A DNA stretch of 64,000 nucleotides from Malacoraja senta (Eukaryota). The stretch lies in contig CM076000.1 in the NCBI GenBank assembly GCA_038087875.1, forward strand, positions 558,001-622,000, in the 5' to 3' direction. Positions 1 through 11,400 of the stretch are shown here, piece by piece; within the stretch, counting starts at the first letter, position 1, and each line of letters opens with the position of its first letter. The notes beneath the pieces are model-generated. The model searched no databases. It had not been told where the DNA came from and worked only from the letters and a program-made list of their open reading frames with translations. The translations under genes were made by a program, and so were the position numbers.

Positions 1-3000
1 CCAGACAGTACCAACCTGGACTGTTCCTACCAAGCCTACTGCAACATGCTTATCAGTGCAGGCAAGAAAACCATCCCCCGTGGCTACCAGAGGGATGACA
101 TTCCATGTTGGGATGATGAGTGTCAACAGCTATATGAAGATATACTGCTGCTGGCACCAAAGAGGATTCTGAAGCCACTGCCACTACATTGCTCACATGC
201 TTGGATGAGAAACGACAAGAACGCTGGATTGAGACGGTTGAATCGATGGACTTCACCCATTTGAGCCGTAAACCACAGCACACAGTCAACCGCCTGACCG
301 GCAGAGCTACATGCAAACCCGGCAAATGCCCAGTGACCGGCAACGCAATCGCATCTCAACTAGTCAACAATGGTCGATTCACAAACTCTGACCGTGATTT
401 CTCGTGCCAAGTGAGCAAAGAGGTGGCCGAGTCATGGAAAACTGACAGAGTGGATACGGACCTAACAATGGCTTTCACCTCAGAGGAAATGGCCACAGCA
501 CTCAAGATGTTGAAAGAAGGAAAGGCCCCCGGATCTGACAGCATACACCCAGAATTTCTACTACATTCTGCAGATGCTGCTACCAACTGGATCCGACAGT
601 ACCTGTCAATCTCCATGGAGAAGTGCAAAATCCCAAAGATCTGGCGTCGTGCAACAGTCATCGCTCTCCCGAAGCCGAACAAGCCAAAGGATGATCCTAA
701 AAGCTACTGGCCCATCTCACTCCTCCGCATCCCATACAAGCTCCTTGAGAGGCTGATCCACGGGCGTATCAACCCCATCATAGACCCTCAACTACCCCAC
801 GAGCAGGCTGGTTTCCGCCAAGGTCTATCTACTGCGGACCAGGTAACCTTCCTCACCCAAGACATCGAGGACTGCTTTGAGGCAAATGAGAAGGCAGGAG
901 CTGTTCTTTTAAATCTGTCAGCTGCCTATGACACAGTGTGGCACCGGGGACTAACTGGAAAGCTACTTCAGGTGCTGCCAGACAGGCACATGGTACGCTA
1001 CATCATAGAGCTGATATCAAACCGCAGCTTTGTGCTTAAGACCAGTGATGGACAGCAGAGCAGGCTACGTAGACTGAAGAATGGCATCCCACAGGGATCC
1101 GTCTTGGCTCTGCTGTTTTTCAACGTGTACATCCATGACCTCCGAGAGACCATCGCTGGAAAATATGGATATACTGACGATCTAGCCATCCTGATGAGAC
1201 ACAAAGAGTGGAAGACAATCGAAAGCTCCTTGAGTCAAGACATGGGGACTTTGGCAGTATACCTACAACAGTGGCGTCTAAAGTTCAAGTTCAAGTGTTC
1301 AAGTCTGTTTATTGTCATGTGTCATAGGACAATTAAATTCTTGCTTTGCTTCAGCACAACAGAACATAGAAGGCATTGACTACAAAACAGATCAGTGTGT
1401 CCATATATCATTATATAAATATATACACATATGAATAAATAAACTGATAAAGTGCAAATAACAGATAATGGGCTATTAATGTTCATAGTTTTGTCCGAGC
1501 CAAGTTTAATAGCCTGATGGCTGTGGGGAAGTAGCTATTCCTGAACCTGGTCGTTGTAATCTTCAGGCTCCTGTACCTTCTACCTGAAGGTAGCAGGGAG
1601 ATGAGTGTGTGGCCAGGATGGTGTGGGTCCTTGATGATATTGCCAGCCTTTTTGAGGCAGCGACTGCGATAGATCCCCACGATGGAAGGGAGGTCAGAGC
1701 CGATGATGGACTGGGTAGTGTTTACTACTCTTTGGAGTCTCTTCCTCTCCAGGGCGCTCAAGTTGCCGAACCAAGCCACGATGCAACCGGTCAACATGCT
1801 CTCTACTGTGCACCTGTAGAAGTTAGAGAGACTCCTCCTTGACAAACCAACTCTCCGTAATCTTCTCAGGAAGTAGAGGCGCTGATGTGCTTTCTTAATA
1901 GCAGCATCAGTGTTCTCGGACCAGGAAAGATCTTCAGAGATGTGCACGCCCAGGAATTTAAAGCTCTTGACCCTTTCAACCATCGACCCATTGATATAGA
2001 CGGGACTGTGAGTCCCCATCCTACTCCTTCCAAAGTCCACAATCAGTTCCTTGGTTTTGCTGGTGTTGAGGGCCAGGTTATTGTGCTGTCACCATATGGA
2101 CAGTTGCTCAATCTCTCTTCTGTACTCTGACTCATCCCCATCAGTGATACGTCCCACAACATTGGTGTCATCAGCGAACTTGATGATCGAGTTCGCACTA
2201 TGACCAGCTACGCAGTCATGAGTATAGAGTGAGTACAGCAGGGGGCTGAGCACGCAGCCTTGAGGTGCTCCCGTGCTGATTGTTATCGAGTCTGACACAT
2301 TTCCACCAATACGAACAGACTGTGGTCTGAGAATGAGGAAGTCGAGGATCCAATTGCAGAGGGATGCGCAGATACCCAGTTCTGCGAGTTTGGTAACCAG
2401 CTTGGAGGGGATGATTGTATTAAATGCCGAGCTGTACTCGCTGAATAACAGCCTGACATATGAGTTTTTGTTGTCCAAGTGGTCCAGAGTGGAGTGGAGG
2501 GCCAGCGAGATCGCATCCACTGTTGATCCGTTGTGGCGGTAAGCGAACTGCAGTGGGTCCAGAGTTTTTGTCGAGGTAGGAGTTGATTTGCACCATGATT
2601 AACCTCTCAAAGCACTTCATCGCCACAGGCGTTAGTGCCACAGGTCGATAGTCATTGAGGCACGTCGCCTTGCTCTTCTTGGGCACTGGTATGATTGATG
2701 CCCTTTTGAAGCAGGTGGGAACCTCAGACCTCAGAAGTGAGAGGTTGAAAATGTCCGTAAAAACTCCAGCCAGTTGGTCCGCACAGGTTTTTAGAACACG
2801 ACCAGGTATACCATCAGGTCCAGGCGCTTTTCGAGGGTTCACCCCTCTGAAGGATTTCCTGACGTCGGCCTCTGTGACATCACAGCGAATGGGAGCTCGG
2901 GAAGGCACATCGGTGTTCTCCCTATCAAAGCGTGCGTAAAACGCATTGAGCTCATCAGAGAGTGATGTTTTGCCGACATTTGAGCTGCCTCCTGATTTCG

Positions 3001-4737
3001 CCTTGTAGGAGGTGATTGCATTCAGGCCCCTCCACAGCTGCCGAACATCTGTCGCATCCTCCAGTTTGGAGCAAAAGTCCCTTTTGGCCTTTTTGATGGC
3101 CATACCAAGGTCGTATCTGGACTTCTTGTAGACCACTGTATCATCAGACATGAATGCCCGGTGTCTGGTCTTCAGAAGAGTGCGGATCTCAAAGTTTATC
3201 CAAGGTTTCTGATGGAAACACTCGGAAGGTTTTTGTAGGGATGCAGTCCTCCACACATTTCTTAATGAAGTCTGTAACGACTGTGGCGTATTCGTTCAAG
3301 TCCGTTGCCGAGTCCTTGAACATTGCCCAGTCTACAGACTCCAAACAGTCCTGTAGTTGTTCCTCTGCCCCCCCCCCCCCCCGACCAGCTCTGCACTGTC
3401 CTCACCTCTGGGGGTGCACTCTTTAATTGCTGCCTGTAGGCAGGAAGAAGCAGCACCGCGGTATGGTCGGATTTACCGAAGTGAGGGCGAGGGATAGAGC
3501 GATAGGCATTCTTGATGGTGGTGTAGCAGTGATCGAGGGTGTTTGGTCCTCTGGTGCAGCAGAAGACATGTTGGTGGAAGTTAGGGAGTGATTTCTTTAG
3601 GTTTGCCATATTGAAGTCCCCAGCAATGGTGGTAAATGCCTCGGGGTAAGACGTCTGGTGTTTGTTGACCACGGCGTGCAGCTCCACCAGTGCCAGACGG
3701 GCGTCTGCCTGGGGTGGGATGTAGACCGCGGTCAGGATGATGGAGGTGAATTCCCTCGGAAGCTGAGCGAAGGCAAAACAGTGTCAACAGCATTCCATCT
3801 AAACAACAAGGAAGCTAAGCGAGAGCTAGCTGTCTTCGTTAACAACAGGCGCTCGGACTTCCAACAAACACCCACTTACCTCGGTGTAAAGCTGGACAGG
3901 TCGCTTACATTTCGTCAACACCTGGCTGGTCTCCGCGACAAGGTCATGGCTCGTAGCGGCCTCATCTGACGCCTGGCAGGAACAAGTTGGGGAGCCAATC
4001 CATCAACTCTTCGCACCTCTGCCTTAGCTCTTGTGTATGCTCCAGCTGAGTACTGCGCACCCGTATGGAGTAGAAGTAGACATACTAGTCTGGTAGACAC
4101 GAGCCTGAACAGCACCTTGTGAACCATCATTGGGTGCCTTCAACCTACTCCAGTCGAGCAGCTCCCTATACTTGCAGGCATTCCGCCTGCAGGGATCCGA
4201 AGGAAAGCAGCAACTCTGGCACTATCTTGTCGTGCCATGGACCCAGATCACCTCCTCCATCAGGCTATCAGCACAGAGCAGAGGCCACCCCGACTGAAGT
4301 TCTGTCACCCCTTTGCTCCACATGGAAAACAACTTCTAGCATCCATCCACTGAGACAAAAGCACACTGGATAGCCACCAAGTGGTCACAGGAGTGGAAGG
4401 CAATCTCATCTCCATTACACAGCTACATCTCTTCACCAGATAAAAGCTGTCCAGGGTCTGACCTCCCCAGAGGAGCATGGGTGCAGCGCAACAGACTTTG
4501 TACTGGGCATTTGAATGCCAGCATGTGGAGATGGGGGCTTCGCCAGAGCCCAGCCTGTGAATGTGGAGCAGAACAACAGACAGCCAACCATGTCATCTCT
4601 GGGTGCCTGCTCTACCACCCACCAAATGGAGCTCAGGGCCTGGCAGACATTGACACAGAGACAACAACCTGGCTGCTCAACACCCAGCTTGAGATCTAAC
4701 TATTCCTTTGGTTTATGTTTCATTCGCAAGAAGAAGA
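1..4737 (+). mobile_element. Vingi/Ingi-like non-LTR retrotransposon (decayed RT and C-terminal zinc finger), 5' end outside window, split by a Rex1 insertion at 1284-3759
   Basis: ORF 189-1379 has RT motifs (SYWPISLL, EQAGFR, AYDTVWH, GIPQGSVL, YTDD). The frame YLQQWRLK at 1283 resumes as LSEGKTVSTAFHLNN at 3763. C-terminal CECGAEQQTANHVISGC knuckle at 4481-4699, short (AAG)n tail at 4728-4737. Clade assigned from motif recognition. Confidence 0.75.
1284..3759 (-). mobile_element. Rex1/Babar-type LINE, 5'-truncated (APE end, RT, C-terminal domain), decayed
   Basis: Minus-strand ORFs 3262-3687 (AGDFN, SDH), 2420-3256 (CLNDYRPVALT), 2089-2520 ([14 protein letters not shown]) and 1483-2040. 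(ACTTGA)n tail reads TTCAAGTTCAAG at 1284. AAG is present at both junctions. Confidence 0.9.
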
Positions 4738-5635
4738 GGGCCTGGTTTTTCAGGAGGTGATTGAACCTTGTAATTTCAATGGTCAAAGCTGGAATTTAAA
4801 TCTGAGTTTAGAACTTCTTTATCAATAAAATTTCTGAATGAAAATGAGGGGAAAAAACAACTTTACATAGTTTGACCACAGATCAGCTATGATCTAAATG
4901 AATGGTGTCAAAATGGACTACAACTATCCGGCCACACAGAGGTATGTCATTAGTTTCAACATGTCTTTGTAAACAATTTCCTTAATGCAAGTATAATGAT
5001 CATATTTACCTAGCTTTTTCCCATACCTCTTCAACCAATTTATTTATACCATGCATGAATAGGTGTAAAGGTGGGGGACTTGTTATTCTCGTTAACAACA
5101 AATGGTGCAAGCCTGGTCACATCACGGTTAAGGAGCGTGTGTGGAGCCCGGACATTGAACTGATGGCTGTGGGTCCACGTCCATATTATATGCCCAGGAT
5201 ATTCTCACACGCAATTGTGGTGGCTGTTTATATTCCTCCATCCGCCAATCCTCTGTGCATGTGTGACGTTATCCACACAGACACAACACCCGAGTGCTTT
5301 CATCGCTATCTCAGGGGACTTCAACCACGTGACTTTGAACGCTACCCTACCCACTTTTACTCAATTTGTTGACTGTCCTACCACGGATATAAAAACATTG
5401 GGTCTGTGGTATGCTAATGTAAAGAGGCGTACAGCTCCATATGCCTTCCGTCACTGGGAAGATCCGACCACAACCTGGTTCACCTCCTACCCAGGTATAA
5501 GCCAATGGTCCAGAGGCTGCCTGTGACTACAAGGTCAGTGGTCACAGGGGGCCTATGACGCCCTACAGGGCTGTTTTGAGGACACCGACTAGGACCCCAC
5601 ACTCTGTAGTCCCCATGGAGAGGGCATTGATTGAC

Positions 5636-6568
5636 TGTAAGTTATTGGGGACAAATCCTCCCCAAGATTATGGAAGAACTCAGATAAGGACATGGACATT
5701 TTTAAACCAGGTTTGCTGGCTGCAACGGTAAAAAACCCAATCCACAAAGGAAGAACCAGTTTCGAAACTGTCTGTGGGCCTGGGCATTACACCACTATGC
5801 GAATGGTGTGAGCAGGAAAGGCTGAGACGGAGATAACGAGATTATCGTGGAAACACAAAGGAAGGTACCGAGCCTCAGCAGACGGTGGTAAACAGGCCAG
5901 CAGCAAGCACAATCAACATCGTGGATGACCCATCCATCGGGACAATGGGAGCCCATCTAGGCGATGGGATAACGATCAGGCTGAGGGATCATGACATCAG
6001 CAAACCCCTTATCATCGGAAGCCTTTTGTTCATGCCAGATCGAAACTGGGAATCATCAAAAGACCCTTTTCTCCAGAGGACCACCTGGGGGGTTTCAAGG
6101 GAGAAACTCAGGTATAAAAAGCAGGAGTCAAGCCAGAACTCACTCTCTTTTCTGCTCTGTTGGACGACTCCTGAACCTGCATCGATCTAGCTGTAAGTAC
6201 CCCAGACGACCTGAAGTTCCCGAAAATAGGATAGTTGAGAGAAGTGGAAAGGGGGTGTATTTGTAAAATTGTGTAAAGTAAGTTTTACGATGTGCCCGAT
6301 AATTTTCTTTCCATAGTCTTAGTTTAAAGCATAAGTTTAGTCACGTATTATGTAGTGTTGGTGAGATTCGATTTCTCATTGTTTAATAAAGCCTGTAAAT
6401 TTTAGACTTGCTTTGAGTCCGTCTTGGTTTCTGTTTTCTCTCATCAGCACGCTCTGGTCAAGTCAACCTTTTATCATATCCCACCATAATTCCGAGGACT
6501 AGAACCTAGGGGAACCCCTTTTTTTCGGGCAGTTGGGCCCGAAGTGAAGGGAACCAAAAACCCCCACA
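5636..6568 (+). repeat. 5' LTR (933 bp)
   Basis: TGTAAG...CCCACA; direct repeat of 15101-16039 with about 20 substitutions and two 3-bp indels counted by eye. TATAAA at 6113, AATAAA at 6385. Confidence 0.97.
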
Positions 6569-6570
6569 GA

Positions 6571-8445
6571 ATGGCGACCATGGCAGGACCTCGGTGGTTT
6601 GGGATATGTGACTTGCCAGAGGGGGTGAGAGAACGTAGCAAGATGGAGGAGAGAATCTCCGCTTATCTGTTTAAAAAGATCAATCTCACCAAACAATGGG
6701 TGGTAGCACTTTTGACAGCACAGCAGCCTGCAGCAGCTGCAGCACAATGGACGGAAAGCAAAGGGTATAATAAAGGGCAGGAAAAGGCAGTTTGGCTGGC
6801 GTGCCTATCACAGCAGGTAGCCAAAATGGAGAGACAGGTAGATAGTCTGGAAGAGCAACTGAGAAAAGCTAGGGCCAGCGCTGAGGAAAGCGCTAGAGAA
6901 GGGGAAGGGCTATACGAGGAACTCAGTGAAGCCAGGCAGTGTATCTTGCAGGCTAGGGAGTCCCACAGAAATGCCCAGGAATTCCTCTAATGCCAGGCGG
7001 TAGAGGCAAAGGAGAGGGAACGGAACGCCCAAGAACTCCTGGCTCAGAGTACACAGAGGTACAGGGAGCTGGAGGGAAAGTTCCAAGATATCCAAGCAGC
7101 ATACAGGGTGGCCCGTAGCGAGGTAGGGGATTGTGATCATGGGCCTTGCCAGGCAATGATAGCGCAGCTGGAGGAGACTCTGTCCAAGACTAGGGGATGG
7201 GTTCACTTGGTAGGACCAGGGGGGTCCCCCAGGGGCAGAGGGCTTCCCTCAGCACGTGATTCCCCAGGGGCAAAGGGGAATAGACCGCCTCCAGAGGCAC
7301 CGGGAATAGGTCTGGGTCGGCAGGAGGGGTTCAGGTTGTCTGGGGAGGGACAGGCCAAAGGAGGGGCAGGAGAGCACCCTCAGTTAGCGGCGTCTGCGCC
7401 ATGTGTAGCACACCATGAGGTGGTGGGGTTACCGATCATGGTGGGAGAGCAGGGGGTAAAGGGGCAACAGCCCCGGGTAGGGCAGATGTGCCCGGTACGG
7501 CAAAGGAAATATGGTCTCCCGGTAGGGCAGGCAGATAGGGGGCCCCATAGAGAGTGATATCATCATTCCCCATGGGGCACACGTGCTGAGGGGGATGGTG
7601 GCTCACATTCCCAGGTTAACCAGGGAGGGAGACCCGTCATTGCATTTTATGGAGGTGCAGCAGGCAGCCGACATAAATAATTGCGATGAGGTAGCACGGG
7701 TAAAGCTACTACTGATGACCCTGGATTCCTACCTATGCAAGGCGGTGACCTCCAGGGAAGGGGGAAGACCTGAAACATGGGTAGCGGCACAGACGGCGGT
7801 TCTGGAGGCCATGGGGTTGAATCAGGGTAGTCCTTTCGCCAGGGTGAGGAAGACAAAGCAGCAGGTAGCTGCATCCCCGGACATGTTCGCAGACAGACTG
7901 TGAGCAGTGTATGACGGAGCGAGTGGAACGCCTTTAGATAGGCGGAATTTAGATGAGAGAACAGCCCACTGGCTGAAGACTCTGGTAGCGAATTGCCTCC
8001 CGCGGCCGAGCACTGTTTCGACCCAGCGGACCCAAACCTTAATGAGGCGGAGGTAATAAGGAAGCTCACCCTTGCGTATCGCAACGGGGAGAGAAGTGAG
8101 GAGAAGCCCTCTAAGGGCAAGGTGCACAATATAGTACCGGCACCCCCCAAAAGGAGGCAGTGGAAACAGGAAGGCAGCCGGACCTCTTCCGAGATGAGGC
8201 CGGTGTGCTACGGGTGTGGGAAGCCCGGGCACTACAAGAGGGAGTGCATAAACCTAAGTAGAGCAGTGGAGGATAGGACCCCGGTAACAGCCGACCCAGC
8301 CCCGGAGGAGGGAGCGGCCGTGCCGGTATCAATAGATGTAAAAAATCCATTGGCCTATTTGCAGTCCAAGGCGGGAGGGTCCGGACAGGTAGCCATGGCA
8401 ACAGGCCAGGGTGCGCCCGTATCCGCACCCCCGGCACCTTTATGA
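6571..8445 (+). pseudogene. gag: gag (N-terminal coiled coil, capsid-like region, one CCHC knuckle), disrupted
   Basis: ORF pieces 6544-6990, 7108-7557, 7583-7903 and 7993-8445. CYGCGKPGHYKREC at about 8206-8247. Premature stops at 6988 and 7555 plus frameshifts. Confidence 0.85.
6572..6589 (+). promoter_or_regulatory. Primer-binding site, probably tRNA-Arg(UCG)
   Basis: TGGCGACCATGGCAGGAC lies 3 nt after the LTR. It is near-complementary to the vertebrate tRNA-Arg(UCG) 3' end (...GUCCUGCCGCGGUCGCCA, recalled), with two central mismatches. Confidence 0.75.
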
Positions 8446-11400
8446 CTGCCAGCAAAACAGCCCACATTCCTATGCCCGTTAGAGTATGGCCCATGTGGGA
8501 GACCCTGGGTCAAGATGGAGGTCCAGGATGTGGTCGGGAGTTACCTGCTGGACACAGGCGCTTCCAGTACCATTGTCCACATGGACAATCCCCATAAATC
8601 CCCTCTATCTAGTGGGGCGCCCTATAGTCTTGTCGGTTTTACGGGAAACGAGAAGATGGGGTTTTTCTCTGTTCCCTTGTCCATTCGATTAGGAGCACTC
8701 CAGGCGCAGTGGAAGTGCGTCCTGATGAGTTGGGAGCAAGAGGGAAAGGGGATACTAGGCGCCGACTTTATAGTGGCCCACCAGGTCCTGGTGGACCTGA
8801 GGAACCACTGTTTGTGGGGCATAGCAGGAGAAGGGGCTGAGAGAGAAAAGGAGGTAATGGTCATCGAGAGGGCACCAGAGAGAGGGGCTCTGTGTGTCGT
8901 GAAGCCCAGAGAGGGGTACGATATAGAGGCCCTAGTGAGGCAGACCCCGACAGAGTATCGAGGCCATGTTAAGCGAAATTTGGCCGCATTCGCTACTCAC
9001 AAGCACGACTGTGGAAGGGTCACAGGAACAGAGGTCAGGATAGACGGGGATCCCATGTCCCAACCGCAGAAACAGTATAGTTTTCCCCGAGAAGCGGAGG
9101 CTGACTTAGAAGTCGCCCTGAGTTCACTGGTAAAGCAAGGCGTTTTGAGGCCCATAGCCACCCACGTGAATGCACCGCTCTGGCCCGTACGGAAGCCAGA
9201 CAATTCATGGAGGGCCACGGTAGATTATAGGGTCCTGAATAAGAACATTCTGGCTTGCGCACCAACTGTGGCAGCCATAGCAGACCTATTAGGGGAAATT
9301 CCGGCGTCTGCATCTGTATTTACGGTGCTAGACATCTCGAACGGTTTCTGGTCTATCCCGGTCAGGAAGGAAGACCAGTACAAATTTGCTTTCACATTCA
9401 AGGGGCAGCAGTACACGTGGAACTGTCTTCCCCAAGAGTTCCACAATAGCCCCAGCATTTTCCACCAATGTATGGCGGAATGTTTAAAGGAATTCAGTGA
9501 GCCCCACAAGATCGTCCAGTACGTGGATGATATTTTGCTATTCACGGACACCAGTGAGGAACATGGGCCCCTAGTAAACGAACTGCTGGAGCTGCTCTGT
9601 AAGAGCGGTTTAAAAGTAAATCCCAAGAAGGCACAGATAGGGTTACAAGAGGTAAAGTTCTTGGGACTGACCCTTAGGGCCGGAGAAAGGGGTATCGATA
9701 CAGCAAGAAGGCAGGCAGTGCAGGAACTCCCAATCCCAACGGACGTGGGGGGGTAAGGTCATTTCTGGGAGTCACGGGCTACTGCCGAGACTTTATAGAG
9801 GACTATGCTGCGACCGCAGCACCTCTGCTCCAGCTGCTGCGCAAAGGGGTAGAGTGGGAGTGGGATGAGCAGTGCGAGTCAGCATTCGTCCATTTGAAAC
9901 GGGACCTGCAAAAGGCTCCAGCTCTGGGAGCCATCGACTACAGGGAGGAATTTTTCCTGGAGGTAGCCGCAGGCAGCGACGGCCTGGGCGCAGTGCTCCT
10001 CCAGGAACGGCACGGCAAGTTAAGGCCAGTGGTGTATTCCTCCAGAGTCCTCACAGAGGTAGTAAGGTCCTATTCAAACTGTGAGCGGCACCTGCTAGCC
10101 ACATACTGGGCAGTGAAGAGGGTACAGGTGTTAGGCGCTTCCCCCTCTGGTGAATGCTATGTACTGACCTTTCTCTTTCTTTCCCGAGTACAGGCCTTGT
10201 GGATGTGAGCCGGGAATCAAGGGGTTAAAAGGCTCCTGTACCCGATTGGCCAAGCTGCATCAGGTGACGGGTGACTCATCTGAAGCTTAAAAGCACAGAG
10301 CTCCCAGAATTCTCTCTCTTGGTCGTCGACCCTGACTTGTGAGCTGACTGCTGGAGTGAGCTGCAGAAGGCCTGGCCACATGGCATAGAACTTGGTGTAC
10401 TTTCAACATTAATTAGTAACAAACATTGAATTGGGATGGATGAGGGCTGACCAAAGTGTTTTCGGGTATTTTGTTTCAGAGTTATATTTTTAGACAGGTT
10501 AGTGACTCCGGTTCGATGGTCCATCACGTGGCTGGCTGGAGCACCATTAAATTGTTTTGTTAGTCCATCCCTATCCCTGACTGGGATGTTTGAATCAGGT
10601 TTGGGTTTTTTGTGTCCCATTGAAATAATTAAAACATTTTTTTGAACTTAAACCTGGTTTTGAACTTATGTTACGCGGCTCTGAAGTATCACCGTCATCA
10701 CCCTCCTGACCCACCATACCCCAACCCAGATGCTGCTGGACGGTCGGATTAAGGATGGGACCGTTAGCAGTGCGAGGATCACTCGCTGGACCCTTCTCCT
10801 TTCCCAAATGGCCTTACGGGTTGAGAGGCTATGCGAGCCCAAGCTCGCAGCCAATTTGGTGTATCCAGGGGAGCCACACCGTTGCTTGGTGGAAGGGGTG
10901 TGGGAGGTGGACTTTGGGCTTAGAGCAGGGTTACATCCCATGGGTAGGGAAATATACGTGGACGGGTCCAGTATCGTGTCCGAGGGCATAAGGCTCACGG
11001 GCTGTGGGCTCTGGACCCCGAGGCGGAGATAGCCCTAGCCCTTAAACTCCCACATACGTTAAGCGCCCAGCAGGCCGAGCTGGCGGCGGTAATGTACGTG
11101 GTCACCCATCCCGAGCATTTCCCCCCTCCATATACCATATGATCGGACAGCATGTTCACATGCAATTCCTGCACGGAATATCTGGCCATCTGGTCCCGCC
11201 GAGGGTACACCTCATCGGACGGGAAGCCCCTGACCACTAAACCCCTATTAGAGAGGATTGTAGCAGCCATAGGGAAGGGCGGGGATAGATATATCCATAA
11301 GGTGAAGGCCCATTCCAAAACGGAGCCACGAGGCGAGGGAAATCAGAGGGCGGATCGCTTGGCCAGAGAAGGAGCCAGGAGTGGGAAAGCATGGGACCCC

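Noticed and set aside
5885..6266. ORFs within the LTRs (also 15026-15737) as accessory genes
   Set aside because: Short, mostly non-ATG starts and no recognisable domain; conserved only because the LTRs are duplicates.
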